A DNA stretch of 39,904 nucleotides, taken from positions 1 through 39,904 of the IMG/VR virus record IMGVR_UViG_3300027804_000104; one strand, 5' to 3'. Of the stretch, positions 1 to 8,327 are shown in pieces. Numbering within the stretch: position 1 is the first letter of the stretch; each line of letters opens with the position of its first letter. The notes beneath the pieces were generated by a model that had not been told where the DNA came from, searched no databases, and saw only the letters and a program-made list of their open reading frames with translations. A program made the position numbers and the translations under genes. The DNA comes from a virus. Its lineage: Duplodnaviria; Caudoviricetes.

Positions 1-22
1 ACACCGACTTTGTGGGTGACCT

Positions 23-229
23 GTGATCGCAGCGGTCGCTATCGTCGTTCTTGGTGTTCTTGCCCTGATTCTGCTTCGGGAGAACCGTCGTCTGACTAAT
101 CTATTGCTGGCGAAGAATCCGGCTGTCGCGGTAGCGATGGAACAGAGTCGTAAGCCTCGCAAGAAAGATCGTGACGACAACAAAGCCCGCACCGCGTGGC
201 AGACACCAGTTGAGGCAGTAGGACCGTGA
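23..229 (+). CDS. small membrane protein upstream of portal
   Basis: 68 aa; N-terminal hydrophobic helix, basic tail; GTGA overlaps at both ends (coupled with an upstream ORF end and with the portal). Confidence 0.7.
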   Translation: MIAAVAIVVLGVLALILLRENRRLTNLLLAKNPAVAVAMEQSRKPRKKDRDDNKARTAWQTPVEAVGP

Positions 230-2175
230 ACAAGCCGTGGGAACCACCGAAACCGCAGGAAGTCATCAACCTGTGGAGCAAAGCCGACCAGTATCTGCTG
301 AAAGAGCGACGCGACTATTGGATGAACGCCTCCTACTTCGGCGGTCACCAATGGGTTTGGTGGGATCACACCCGTAACATCGTCCAAGAACTTGACTATG
401 CGACCGAAGCGGAACGGTTCACCCGTATCACCGTCGACAAGTTCGGCCCCCGCGTCACCAACCTGATCGCCCGAATGACCCGCTCTCCGCTCGTCTGGGA
501 AGTGGAACCGTCCGGTATCGACGACTCCAGCCTGCGCCGTCAGCGTCTCCAAGAGCAACTGTTGTTGTCCGAAGCACACGAACAGGATTGGGCTGAGATC
601 CGGGAAGAATCCCTGCTCCAGACCCTTTTTGGTGGTGCCGCCGCCGTCTCGGTGGACTGGGATCCCGGTTTGGGCAAGGTTGTCGCCACCGACCCGGTGA
701 CCGGCATTGACATCCCTGCCGGTGGTGTGAGACTCACCCCGTTGGGCATCTCCGAGTTCTGTTTGGAACCCGGCTCCCCCGATGTGGAGTCGGCCCGCTA
801 CTGGATTCGCTGTGTCGCTCTACCCCCTGAGCAGGTGAAAGAGCGGTACAATCTGGATTGGGATCCGGTGCCGGACGCCGAAGCCGCCCTGTCGGCACGG
901 CATCGCACCCTCCTGTCGCGCCGTCCGCAAGGCCAACCGCCTCGCCTCACCCTCGTCTACTGCTACTACGAACGTCCCACCAACCGGACTCCGGGCTGTG
1001 TCGTCCATGTGGTCAACAACAAGCAGGTGTATTCGTATGGCGACGGGCAAGGCTGGCCGTTCCCGTTCACCAGCCTCAACCTCGCTGTCTTCACCCAGCG
1101 ACGCATCCCGCGCACATGGGTCGGCCACACCCTCCTCACCCCTGCTCGAGACATCCAGTACGCCTACAACCGTGCTCGCTCCACCATCCTCGAGCATATG
1201 CGCAAGGCTGCGAACGCCCGACTGATGGTCCCCGCCGGATCCATCGAAGACTCCGATGTCATCACCACCGACCCTGCGGACGTGATGGAATACAACGCTG
1301 AGCTGGGCGAACCGCATTGGCAGACCGCCCCCGACGTGCCACGTTGGATCAGCATGGAAGCCGCCCAACTGGAAGCAGAGATGGACGACATCTTCTTCAC
1401 CCATGCGGTGTCTCGAGGTCAAGCCCCCGGCGACCGCAACTCCGGTTTGGCGTTGTCGGTGCTCGCCGAGAAGGACGACACTCCGCTCGGCCCGATGGCC
1501 CGCAACCAGTCGGCGATGTGGGCGCGGATCGGCAAGATGACGTTGCAGATGTATCGGGCGTACGCCTCCCAGTCGGGCATGGTTCGCACCCAGACGCTCA
1601 CCACCCCGCAAGGCAACACCCTCCAGTTCGAGTGGACTGCCGAAGACATTGAGGAATATCCGCAGGTCAAAGTGCCTTTGGATGCGACCGCCCCCCGCTC
1701 CAAGATCGCCACCCAGTCGGTTATCACCAGCCTCGCCCAACAGTTTCCACAGGCATTCCAGAATGTGGACGGAACCGCTTTGGCGCGAATGTTGGATCTC
1801 CCCGACCCTCGAGGGTTCCTCGGTTCCACCGACCCGGATGTCACGAAAGCCGAATGGGAGAATGGTCTGCTCATGCAGGCTGTCCCCGTCATGCCCGCCG
1901 ACTTCGACGACCACGCCAAACACATCGCCCAACACAACCGGGAACGCAAATCCCCTGCATACGAACTTGCGAACCCTGAAGTGCGTCAGACGATCGACCT
2001 GCACATCCAAGCCCATCAGACGATGGCCGCCGAAGAAGCGATGCAACAGATGGCGCAGATGCAACAGATGCCAGGGTCCGAAGCCCTGCCGCAAGCCAAC
2101 GAGCCAGCCGGTTCGATGGTTCCCCAAGCAATGACCGGCCAGCCCGGCGTACCTCAGGAGATGATGCCCCAATGA
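226..2175 (+). CDS. portal protein (P22-like)
   Basis: 649 aa, first large gene of head module, precedes scaffold and capsid; Q/M/P-rich C-terminal tail typical of podovirus portals. Confidence 0.8.
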   Translation: MNKPWEPPKPQEVINLWSKADQYLLKERRDYWMNASYFGGHQWVWWDHTRNIVQELDYATEAERFTRITVDKFGPRVTNLIARMTRSPLVWEVEPSGIDDSSLRRQRLQEQLLLSEAHEQDWAEIREESLLQTLFGGAAAVSVDWDPGLGKVVATDPVTGIDIPAGGVRLTPLGISEFCLEPGSPDVESARYWIRCVALPPEQVKERYNLDWDPVPDAEAALSARHRTLLSRRPQGQPPRLTLVYCYYERPTNRTPGCVVHVVNNKQVYSYGDGQGWPFPFTSLNLAVFTQRRIPRTWVGHTLLTPARDIQYAYNRARSTILEHMRKAANARLMVPAGSIEDSDVITTDPADVMEYNAELGEPHWQTAPDVPRWISMEAAQLEAEMDDIFFTHAVSRGQAPGDRNSGLALSVLAEKDDTPLGPMARNQSAMWARIGKMTLQMYRAYASQSGMVRTQTLTTPQGNTLQFEWTAEDIEEYPQVKVPLDATAPRSKIATQSVITSLAQQFPQAFQNVDGTALARMLDLPDPRGFLGSTDPDVTKAEWENGLLMQAVPVMPADFDDHAKHIAQHNRERKSPAYELANPEVRQTIDLHIQAHQTMAAEEAMQQMAQMQQMPGSEALPQANEPAGSMVPQAMTGQPGVPQEMMPQ

Positions 2176-2927
2176 CCGACTTCGCCCCCGAAGGCGTGGT
2201 GGATGCCACCCCGACAGGAGAAGCCCCTGCCGAAACCCCTGCCGCCGACATCAACTGGCAAGAGAAATACCAGTCTGAGGTGCAGGACCGCATCAAGGAA
2301 CGTGAACGGTACAAGCCGTTCGTTCAGACGTTCGGACGTATGCACCCCGACGACGCCCGTGCGGTACAGGAGTTTGCTACCGCTTTCGCATCCGGTGACA
2401 CCGAAACCGCAGTCCGATGGATGGTCGACAACGCTCGCACCCTCGCCGGAGATCGCTTCGACACCTACATCACCCCTGCTCAACAGCAGGCGATCAACAC
2501 GCAGGTCGCCCAGCAGGCGTACTCGGACGGCACCAACGCCGGTATGACCCCCGACCAGGTGGAACAGCTCGTTCAGACCCGGTTGCAGGAGTCGTTCCAG
2601 CAGATCCAGCAGGCGCAGGTACAACAGCAGTACGAACGCCAGATCGAGGAGACATTGACCCAGCATGGTCTCGCACCGGACACCCCGCTCGCAACGGCTG
2701 CCATTGTGGCCGCCTCAAAGCGATCCGACCTTGACCTCAGCGCAGCCATTCGTGAGGTGGAGGAACAAGTTCTGGCGCAAGCGCAACAGATCGCAACCCG
2801 ACGCGCCGAAGCCGGTGCGAGCATGGGTGCGCCGATCGTCAACGGAGTCCCGGTCGTCTCGCCGAACGGACAGCAGATGACACCCCGTGAACGTGCGATG
2901 GCTCGCCTCGCACAGAACGGACTGTGA
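2172..2927 (+). CDS. capsid scaffolding protein
   Basis: 251 aa, acidic/Pro N-terminus, Q/A/E-rich helical body, located between portal and capsid. Confidence 0.7.
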   Translation: MTDFAPEGVVDATPTGEAPAETPAADINWQEKYQSEVQDRIKERERYKPFVQTFGRMHPDDARAVQEFATAFASGDTETAVRWMVDNARTLAGDRFDTYITPAQQQAINTQVAQQAYSDGTNAGMTPDQVEQLVQTRLQESFQQIQQAQVQQQYERQIEETLTQHGLAPDTPLATAAIVAASKRSDLDLSAAIREVEEQVLAQAQQIATRRAEAGASMGAPIVNGVPVVSPNGQQMTPRERAMARLAQNGL

Positions 2928-2981
2928 CGTAACGTCAGCATAAGGGAAGGCACCCTTATCCTTTTGGGTGACCGCTGATGT

Positions 2982-3019
2982 CCCCGTCTGATGCGTTACT
3001 CTCTCCGCGTCAGACGGGG
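2982..3019 (+). terminator. 14-bp stem-loop after scaffold gene (possible terminator or processing site)
   Basis: CCCCGTCTGATGCG-10 nt-CGCGTCAGACGGGG (one G-U pair); no strong U tract. Confidence 0.5.
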
Positions 3020-3027
3020 CGATTCCC

Positions 3028-3058
3028 TTGACAGCATCCGCACACTTGTGTGTATGCT
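3028..3058 (+). promoter_or_regulatory. putative sigma-70-type promoter for capsid gene
   Basis: TTGACA (3028-3033), 19 nt spacer (long), TATGCT (3053-3058). Confidence 0.45.
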
Positions 3059-3061
3059 TAC

Positions 3062-3143
3062 ACCTGAACCGGATGGTTCACCCCATAGGTACCCCCATTG
3101 GATGATGGGTTGAGACAGCCGGACGGCTACCGCTCAGACAGGT
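3062..3143 (+). ncRNA. candidate structured 5' leader RNA of capsid gene with three GGAYG hairpins
   Basis: hairpins TGAACC-GGAT-GGTTCA, CCCAT-TGGATG-ATGGG, AGCC-GGAC-GGCT; possible closing stem ACCTG/CAGGT. Confidence 0.5.
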
Positions 3144-3189
3144 TCCGATTCCCCCCAATCAGATTCTCTCTCACGGAAAGCAAACCATC

Positions 3190-4458
3190 ATGGCCGCAAC
3201 CCTCTCCACAGTCGATGCCATCCTGAAGGATGACTACAAGGAATACCTCGACAACCTCAACGAGGCGAACTTCATTCTCTCGCAGGTCGAAACCCGCAAG
3301 GACACCGTGCAGGGCCGTATCGCCCGTCACGCCGTCCACTTGGGTCGCTCGTCCGGTGTCGGTGCTCGCGCCGAGTCCGGCACCCTCCCCACCGCCGCCA
3401 ACCAGTCGTACGCGACGGTCCCGGTTCCGGTCCGCTACGTCTACGGACGCATCCAGCTGTCCGGCCCGACGATCAAGCAGGCTGTCACCGACCGTGGTGC
3501 TTTCATCGACGCGCTCGACGCCGAAATGGAAGGCATCAAGAAGGACGCGATGAAGGACGTGAACCGCCAGTTGTGGGGTACGTCCAACGGTGTGATCGCC
3601 CAATGCGGCACCACCTCGTCGTCGACCACCGTCGTGTTGGCTTCCACCACCGGAACCACCGCTCTGCGTCAGCTGTTCTTCGACGGCGGCATGGTCGTGG
3701 ACATCGGAACGGTCGCTTCGCCCGCCACGATCGCGTCGGCTCGTACCGTCACCTCGGTCGACGAGACGAACAAGACGATCGCCATCTCGGGTGCTGCGGT
3801 CACCACGTCGTCGAGCCACTTCGTGTTCCGCGCCGGAGCCGGTGGAGCGTCCAACAACAGCGGTCAGCCCGGCGACGGACAGATCGAGTTGACCGGCCTC
3901 CAGACCATCGTCGACGACACCGCCGTGTTGCACACCATCGACCCGTCGTCGCAGCCGAAGTGGAAGGCGTACGTCAACAGCAACTCGGGTACCAACCGTT
4001 CGGTCACCGAGTCGCTCATCACCGGTTCCATCATGAAGGTTCTCACCAACTCGGGCAAGAAGCCCAGCCTGTTGGTGTCAGCCGAAGGCGTGAACCTGGC
4101 CATCAGCAACCTGCTGTTGAGCCTGAAGCGCAACATGGAGCAGACCCAGTTGAAGGGTGGCTACGCGGGCATCCAGTTCTACAGCCCGTCGGTGTCCGGC
4201 AAGGGTGACGAGGCTCCCACGGCCCTGTACGCCGACTTCGACTGCCCGAACAACCGCCTGTACGGTGTGAACCCCGAAGTGTTGGTGTTCCATCAGGTGG
4301 GCGACGGCTTCCAGTTCATGGACCTCGACGGCGCGGTGATGAACCGTAAGCCCGACCAGGATGCGTACGAGGCGACCCTGTACATGTACGGCGAACTTGC
4401 CTGCAAGCAGCGCAACGCCCACTTCGTCATCAAGGATCTCACCGAGGTGAGCATCTGA
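3190..4458 (+). CDS. major capsid protein (HK97 fold expected)
   Basis: 422 aa after scaffold, strongly biased codon usage, RBS GGAAAG, capsid-like N-terminus (DAILKDDY) and C-terminus (YGELACKQRNAH). Confidence 0.85.
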   Translation: MAATLSTVDAILKDDYKEYLDNLNEANFILSQVETRKDTVQGRIARHAVHLGRSSGVGARAESGTLPTAANQSYATVPVPVRYVYGRIQLSGPTIKQAVTDRGAFIDALDAEMEGIKKDAMKDVNRQLWGTSNGVIAQCGTTSSSTTVVLASTTGTTALRQLFFDGGMVVDIGTVASPATIASARTVTSVDETNKTIAISGAAVTTSSSHFVFRAGAGGASNNSGQPGDGQIELTGLQTIVDDTAVLHTIDPSSQPKWKAYVNSNSGTNRSVTESLITGSIMKVLTNSGKKPSLLVSAEGVNLAISNLLLSLKRNMEQTQLKGGYAGIQFYSPSVSGKGDEAPTALYADFDCPNNRLYGVNPEVLVFHQVGDGFQFMDLDGAVMNRKPDQDAYEATLYMYGELACKQRNAHFVIKDLTEVSI

Positions 4459-4459
4459 C

Positions 4460-4780
4460 ATGGCCGCATCCGTCAGCATCACCTACGGGCCGGAAGTCCC
4501 CGGTTCGCGCAAGGAAGTGTTCGGTGTCATCACTTTCGACTCGTCGTACCCGACGGGTGGAGAGGCTGTCACTCTCGCACAGCTCGGCGTGAACCGGCTC
4601 GACTGGCTCGAAGTTTCCACCGTGAACGGCAACGTCCCTTCGTGGGACGGCTCGACCTCGAGTCCGAAGGTCAAGTTGTTCTGGGTGGACACCACCACCG
4701 ACGGCGCACCGTTGGCTGAGGTTCCGAACACCACCAACGTCTCCACGACGACTGTTCGGTTCCACGCCATCGGAGCCTGA
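4460..4780 (+). CDS. capsid decoration/minor head protein
   Basis: 106 aa beta-rich (FDSSYPTGGE), immediately after capsid and before terminator. Confidence 0.55.
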   Translation: MAASVSITYGPEVPGSRKEVFGVITFDSSYPTGGEAVTLAQLGVNRLDWLEVSTVNGNVPSWDGSTSSPKVKLFWVDTTTDGAPLAEVPNTTNVSTTTVRFHAIGA

Positions 4781-4802
4781 CCAAACAATCCCCCAAACGT
4801 TA

Positions 4803-4834
4803 GGGCCGGTTGCCGAAAGGTGACCGGCCCTTTC
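4803..4834 (+). terminator. intrinsic terminator after capsid operon
   Basis: GGGCCGGTTGCC-GAAA-GGTGACCGGCCC followed by TTT. Confidence 0.75.
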
Positions 4835-4849
4835 GTCTAGGATGACACC

Positions 4850-5305
4850 ATGATTCGTGCAGCAGATTTGATGGGCAACGTCGCCGGTGGCGGCGAGATG
4901 GCAGAAGTGTCGTTTGACGTGTATGACATCGCCAACCGTATCCAGCGTGGTGATGAATCCGGGTGGCGTGGCGATCCGTCCGCATCCCTCATGTTCAACC
5001 CTCTGGCAGGACGGTTCGAGGTGTGGATGGTCGACGCGATGGGAACCCCATATGTGGCGTGTTCTCACACTCGCTGCGACCACACGCTGATCGTCAAACT
5101 GATCGAGGGTGACTGGCAGAAGGGTAAAGCCCTGCACGACGACCTGATGAAGAAGAACAAGCAGATTCGGGACGCTCACGAAACCGCCGAGAAAGAGAAA
5201 AGGTTGGAGTTGGCCGACAAACTGCATTGGGCGTTGGTGCGCGATGTGGGACACTTGGAAGGCTCCAACCGTCGGATCCACAGCATGAACGAGAAAGGCA
5301 AGTAG
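4850..5305 (+). CDS. hypothetical phage protein
   Basis: 151 aa ORF in morphogenesis cluster, phage-like codon usage. Confidence 0.7.
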   Translation: MIRAADLMGNVAGGGEMAEVSFDVYDIANRIQRGDESGWRGDPSASLMFNPLAGRFEVWMVDAMGTPYVACSHTRCDHTLIVKLIEGDWQKGKALHDDLMKKNKQIRDAHETAEKEKRLELADKLHWALVRDVGHLEGSNRRIHSMNEKGK

Positions 5306-5604
5306 TGGCCTCATACACCGTGAACAAAGCGAAACACGCTGTGTTGACACCGAATACGGTGGACACGGTGTCGTTTGGCGACTCGGTGTCGTTTCTCATC
5401 ATCTCGAACCGAACCACGTCCGGTTCCCCGATCTTCTTCACGTTCGGCGACCCGAGCAAAGGTGTCCCTACCCCGACGGTGAACGGCGACGACTGCTATG
5501 TGGTTGGCATCGGCATGACGCTCAGCCTGGTCGGCGACGGCACAGCCTCCGACGTGAAACTGATTTCCAACGGCGCACAGTCGTACAGCGTGATGGTGGT
5601 GTGA
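5305..5604 (+). CDS. hypothetical virion protein (beta-rich)
   Basis: GTG start overlapping previous TAG, RBS GAAAGG; 99 aa MASYTVNKAK... Confidence 0.65.
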   Translation: MASYTVNKAKHAVLTPNTVDTVSFGDSVSFLIISNRTTSGSPIFFTFGDPSKGVPTPTVNGDDCYVVGIGMTLSLVGDGTASDVKLISNGAQSYSVMVV

Positions 5605-5605
5605 G

Positions 5606-6241
5606 ATGAACAGACTTGAACTTCGTAACGCTGTGAAAGACCGGCTGGCCATCAAGTCGGATGGTTCCGGCAACAGCCTTGACGGCCTGATCACGAACAC
5701 GTTCGTCAACACCAGCCTGAACGACGCTCTAAACCGGGTGAGCATGGAGCGCGACTGGTGGTGGCTTGCTTCGACCGCCAGCCTGTCGTTTGACACGGTG
5801 AACGGTGCCGCAACCCTCCCATCAGACTTCATGCGAGCCAACGAGCTGGTCATCAACTCGTCGCCCGCCGAATGGGTTCCCCTCGAGACGTTCCTCGACC
5901 CCACGTCGGACAACAGCACTTACGGGTGGACGATCTACGGCAACCAAGCCAAGATTGTCCCGGTTCCGTCCACCACCACCGCAGGCACCCTCTACTACTT
6001 CCGGTCTGAGCCAGCCCTTTCAAGCGACTCGTCCAGCCCTCTGATGCCGGTCGTCTACCATTCGGTGATTGTCGCCTACGCCTCCCATCTGTGCGCAGCC
6101 CGACGCCAAGACGAACAGCGAGCGTCGCTGTACTTGCAGGAGTACGGCACGTTCCTGAAGTCGATGAACGACGACAATCGGACGACAATCAAACGGCGCA
6201 TCAAGTTCACTCGCGCCCGCGACTACGCCACTTGGGAGTAA
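5606..6241 (+). CDS. head-tail adaptor (tail tubular protein A-like)
   Basis: 211 aa; N-terminal ELRNAV...LNDAL..V...DWWWL and LPSDF pattern typical of podovirus adaptors. Confidence 0.65.
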   Translation: MNRLELRNAVKDRLAIKSDGSGNSLDGLITNTFVNTSLNDALNRVSMERDWWWLASTASLSFDTVNGAATLPSDFMRANELVINSSPAEWVPLETFLDPTSDNSTYGWTIYGNQAKIVPVPSTTTAGTLYYFRSEPALSSDSSSPLMPVVYHSVIVAYASHLCAARRQDEQRASLYLQEYGTFLKSMNDDNRTTIKRRIKFTRARDYATWE

Positions 6242-6244
6242 CCG

Positions 6245-7813
6245 ATGGGTTCCTTCCAAATCGTCTACGACGACTTCTCTGGTGGCGAGTACATGGGGCC
6301 ACGCTCCACGAACCTGCCGAAGAACACGTTCTCCGGTGTGAATGTTGCTAACAACCCTCACGGGCAACTGATGGCATACGGTACGGCGACGCTCGCATAC
6401 ACGGCAACCGCCGTCACAAACAGCACCGGCGCACAAATCCCCGACCAATGGATCATCGGGACAAACATTTATTCGTTCTGCCAATGGGATGTCAGTTCTA
6501 CCTGGACCGCCAAAATGGTCAAGTTTGATGTCGCCAACGGAACCGTATTTCCGACACCCACAGCGACTACCACCAGTTTGACTGGGCAAATCGGAGGCAA
6601 GGTCGCCTACGACAATGCGTCCACCAAGTTCTTTTATGTTCGGGTGGACGGGGCGAACGCAGGGTTCATTCGCAGCGTCACTACCGGCGGCACCGATACG
6701 AGCGTCTCAACCGTCCTCGGTGGCACAGGCATCACCGACCTCGTTTCGTATGGATACCGGACAGTCGCCTACGGCCCAACCGCCAAACGCTTGTACTACT
6801 CGAACACCGACCTGACAACATGGTCGACAAGCCAGTATTACGAGTTCTCCGGCGAAATCCTGAATGTGTTGCCCCGTTCCAACGACCTGCTTGTCGTCTG
6901 CACTACCGGCCTATTCAGCGTCGTTGGGGTACTCGGCTCGTCTGTGACCATTCAACAACTGTTGTCGTCAGCGAACACCCCTGAAGGGATGCGCGACGCC
7001 ATCATCGTCGGTCGCCAAGCGTTCTTCCCTGACAGCAGCCAGTCCGGTAATGTTGATGGGCGCATCTACGTTCTACAAGGCACCAACATCCAGCCCGCTT
7101 TTACCCTTGACTACGAAATCGTGGAAGGTCTAAACACCGACGGTGGCCCGCAACAAATCAGATGTTTCAACACAGCTGACGGGCAGATCGGCATTCTAAC
7201 AAAGAACGGCACAAGTTCGTACACGCGCCGCCCCGACGGAACATGGATGAGACACGCCCAACTTGACGGCGATTTTGCTCCCAGCATTGAACGCAACGCT
7301 GTCAGCCAAATGCACATGGGTCGCCCCGGACCGCAAGCACAATCCGAGTACGTCGTGTATGCGATGGCTGACGCGGGAGACGGATACGACATCAACTTTT
7401 ATCGTCTCATCAACAACGTGACTGCCCCAACAAATACCGACTACGACTTTTCGCCTGCATCCACAGCATCAGGGTCAACCGGCTATCCGACAGGGACAGT
7501 CACCCTGCCCGAGTTTTGGCACAACAAACCTTTCACCGTCAAACACGCGATTATTGAATGGTCTGGTGACACAAACAGCACTTTGACAGCCCGTATCCGA
7601 TCAACAGGCATCTTGGACACCGACAGCCTCGCGGCTTACACCGGAGGAACCTCGTCGACGATCACCACTACGTTGGGGCCAACTGTCGTTTATGGGGTGT
7701 ACAACACCGAACGCTTCTACATCGACAACGCCCAGAAAGGCATGGGTGCCAAACTGATCCTTGGGCTAACACAATGTCGCGTCAAGCGTGTCATCCTGAT
7801 GTGCGAGGACTGA
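6245..7813 (+). CDS. tail nozzle/stabilisation protein (tubular protein B-like)
   Basis: 522 aa beta-rich, starts with DFSGG motif, follows adaptor. Confidence 0.6.
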   Translation: MGSFQIVYDDFSGGEYMGPRSTNLPKNTFSGVNVANNPHGQLMAYGTATLAYTATAVTNSTGAQIPDQWIIGTNIYSFCQWDVSSTWTAKMVKFDVANGTVFPTPTATTTSLTGQIGGKVAYDNASTKFFYVRVDGANAGFIRSVTTGGTDTSVSTVLGGTGITDLVSYGYRTVAYGPTAKRLYYSNTDLTTWSTSQYYEFSGEILNVLPRSNDLLVVCTTGLFSVVGVLGSSVTIQQLLSSANTPEGMRDAIIVGRQAFFPDSSQSGNVDGRIYVLQGTNIQPAFTLDYEIVEGLNTDGGPQQIRCFNTADGQIGILTKNGTSSYTRRPDGTWMRHAQLDGDFAPSIERNAVSQMHMGRPGPQAQSEYVVYAMADAGDGYDINFYRLINNVTAPTNTDYDFSPASTASGSTGYPTGTVTLPEFWHNKPFTVKHAIIEWSGDTNSTLTARIRSTGILDTDSLAAYTGGTSSTITTTLGPTVVYGVYNTERFYIDNAQKGMGAKLILGLTQCRVKRVILMCED

Positions 7814-7814
7814 G

Positions 7815-8306
7815 ATGCCGTTCGCATACACGTTCCGCGCCGACGACCTAGAGACAGTCGCCAACCAGGACAAAGACCTGCTCGAGAACCGCGATCGGGA
7901 ACTCGAGTTGTACCTGAACCAGCCCAACGTCAAATTGCGACGGGTCGCAACACAAACAATTAGTCCTAGTACGACTGTGGCCGTCAGTTTTGATACTGAA
8001 GATTCTGATGACAGCGGGTTTTTCCCTGGTTCCGGCACAACGCTTACAGTTCCATCAGGAATGGGCGGTCTGTATGTAGTTGGCGGTCAAGTAAATTGGA
8101 GTGCAAATCCGACAGGTACCAATATACGTTTCAGGGTAAATGGCATAAGCTTTTTATTGTTGAGTTTCGGAAACGTAACCCCAGTCCAAGTTGGTTCTAG
8201 CGTCTACCTCAATGGCGGCGACACTTTGGATATGGCAATCACCCAGAACTCAGGTCTAACGGCAACCGCTACAGCAACCTTCTGGTTGACCCGAGTGCTG
8301 GCATAA
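7815..8306 (+). CDS. tail-associated protein with C1q-like beta-sandwich
   Basis: V.FDTE...T.TVP...GLY.V...V...LNGGDTL pattern; short N-terminal coil. Confidence 0.5.
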   Translation: MPFAYTFRADDLETVANQDKDLLENRDRELELYLNQPNVKLRRVATQTISPSTTVAVSFDTEDSDDSGFFPGSGTTLTVPSGMGGLYVVGGQVNWSANPTGTNIRFRVNGISFLLLSFGNVTPVQVGSSVYLNGGDTLDMAITQNSGLTATATATFWLTRVLA

Positions 8307-8327
8307 TAGGAACGAAAGGAGCCTGAC

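Noticed and set aside
820-2172. Long antisense ORF (450 aa) and similar shadow ORFs such as 3127-3933, 21686-22726 and 14619-15299
   Set aside because: Mirror frames of GC-rich genes with no RBS or recognisable motifs
2928-3189. tRNA or known riboswitch in the capsid intergenic region
   Set aside because: No T-loop/anticodon-arm cloverleaf or riboswitch consensus that I recognise; kept only as an unclassified structured leader
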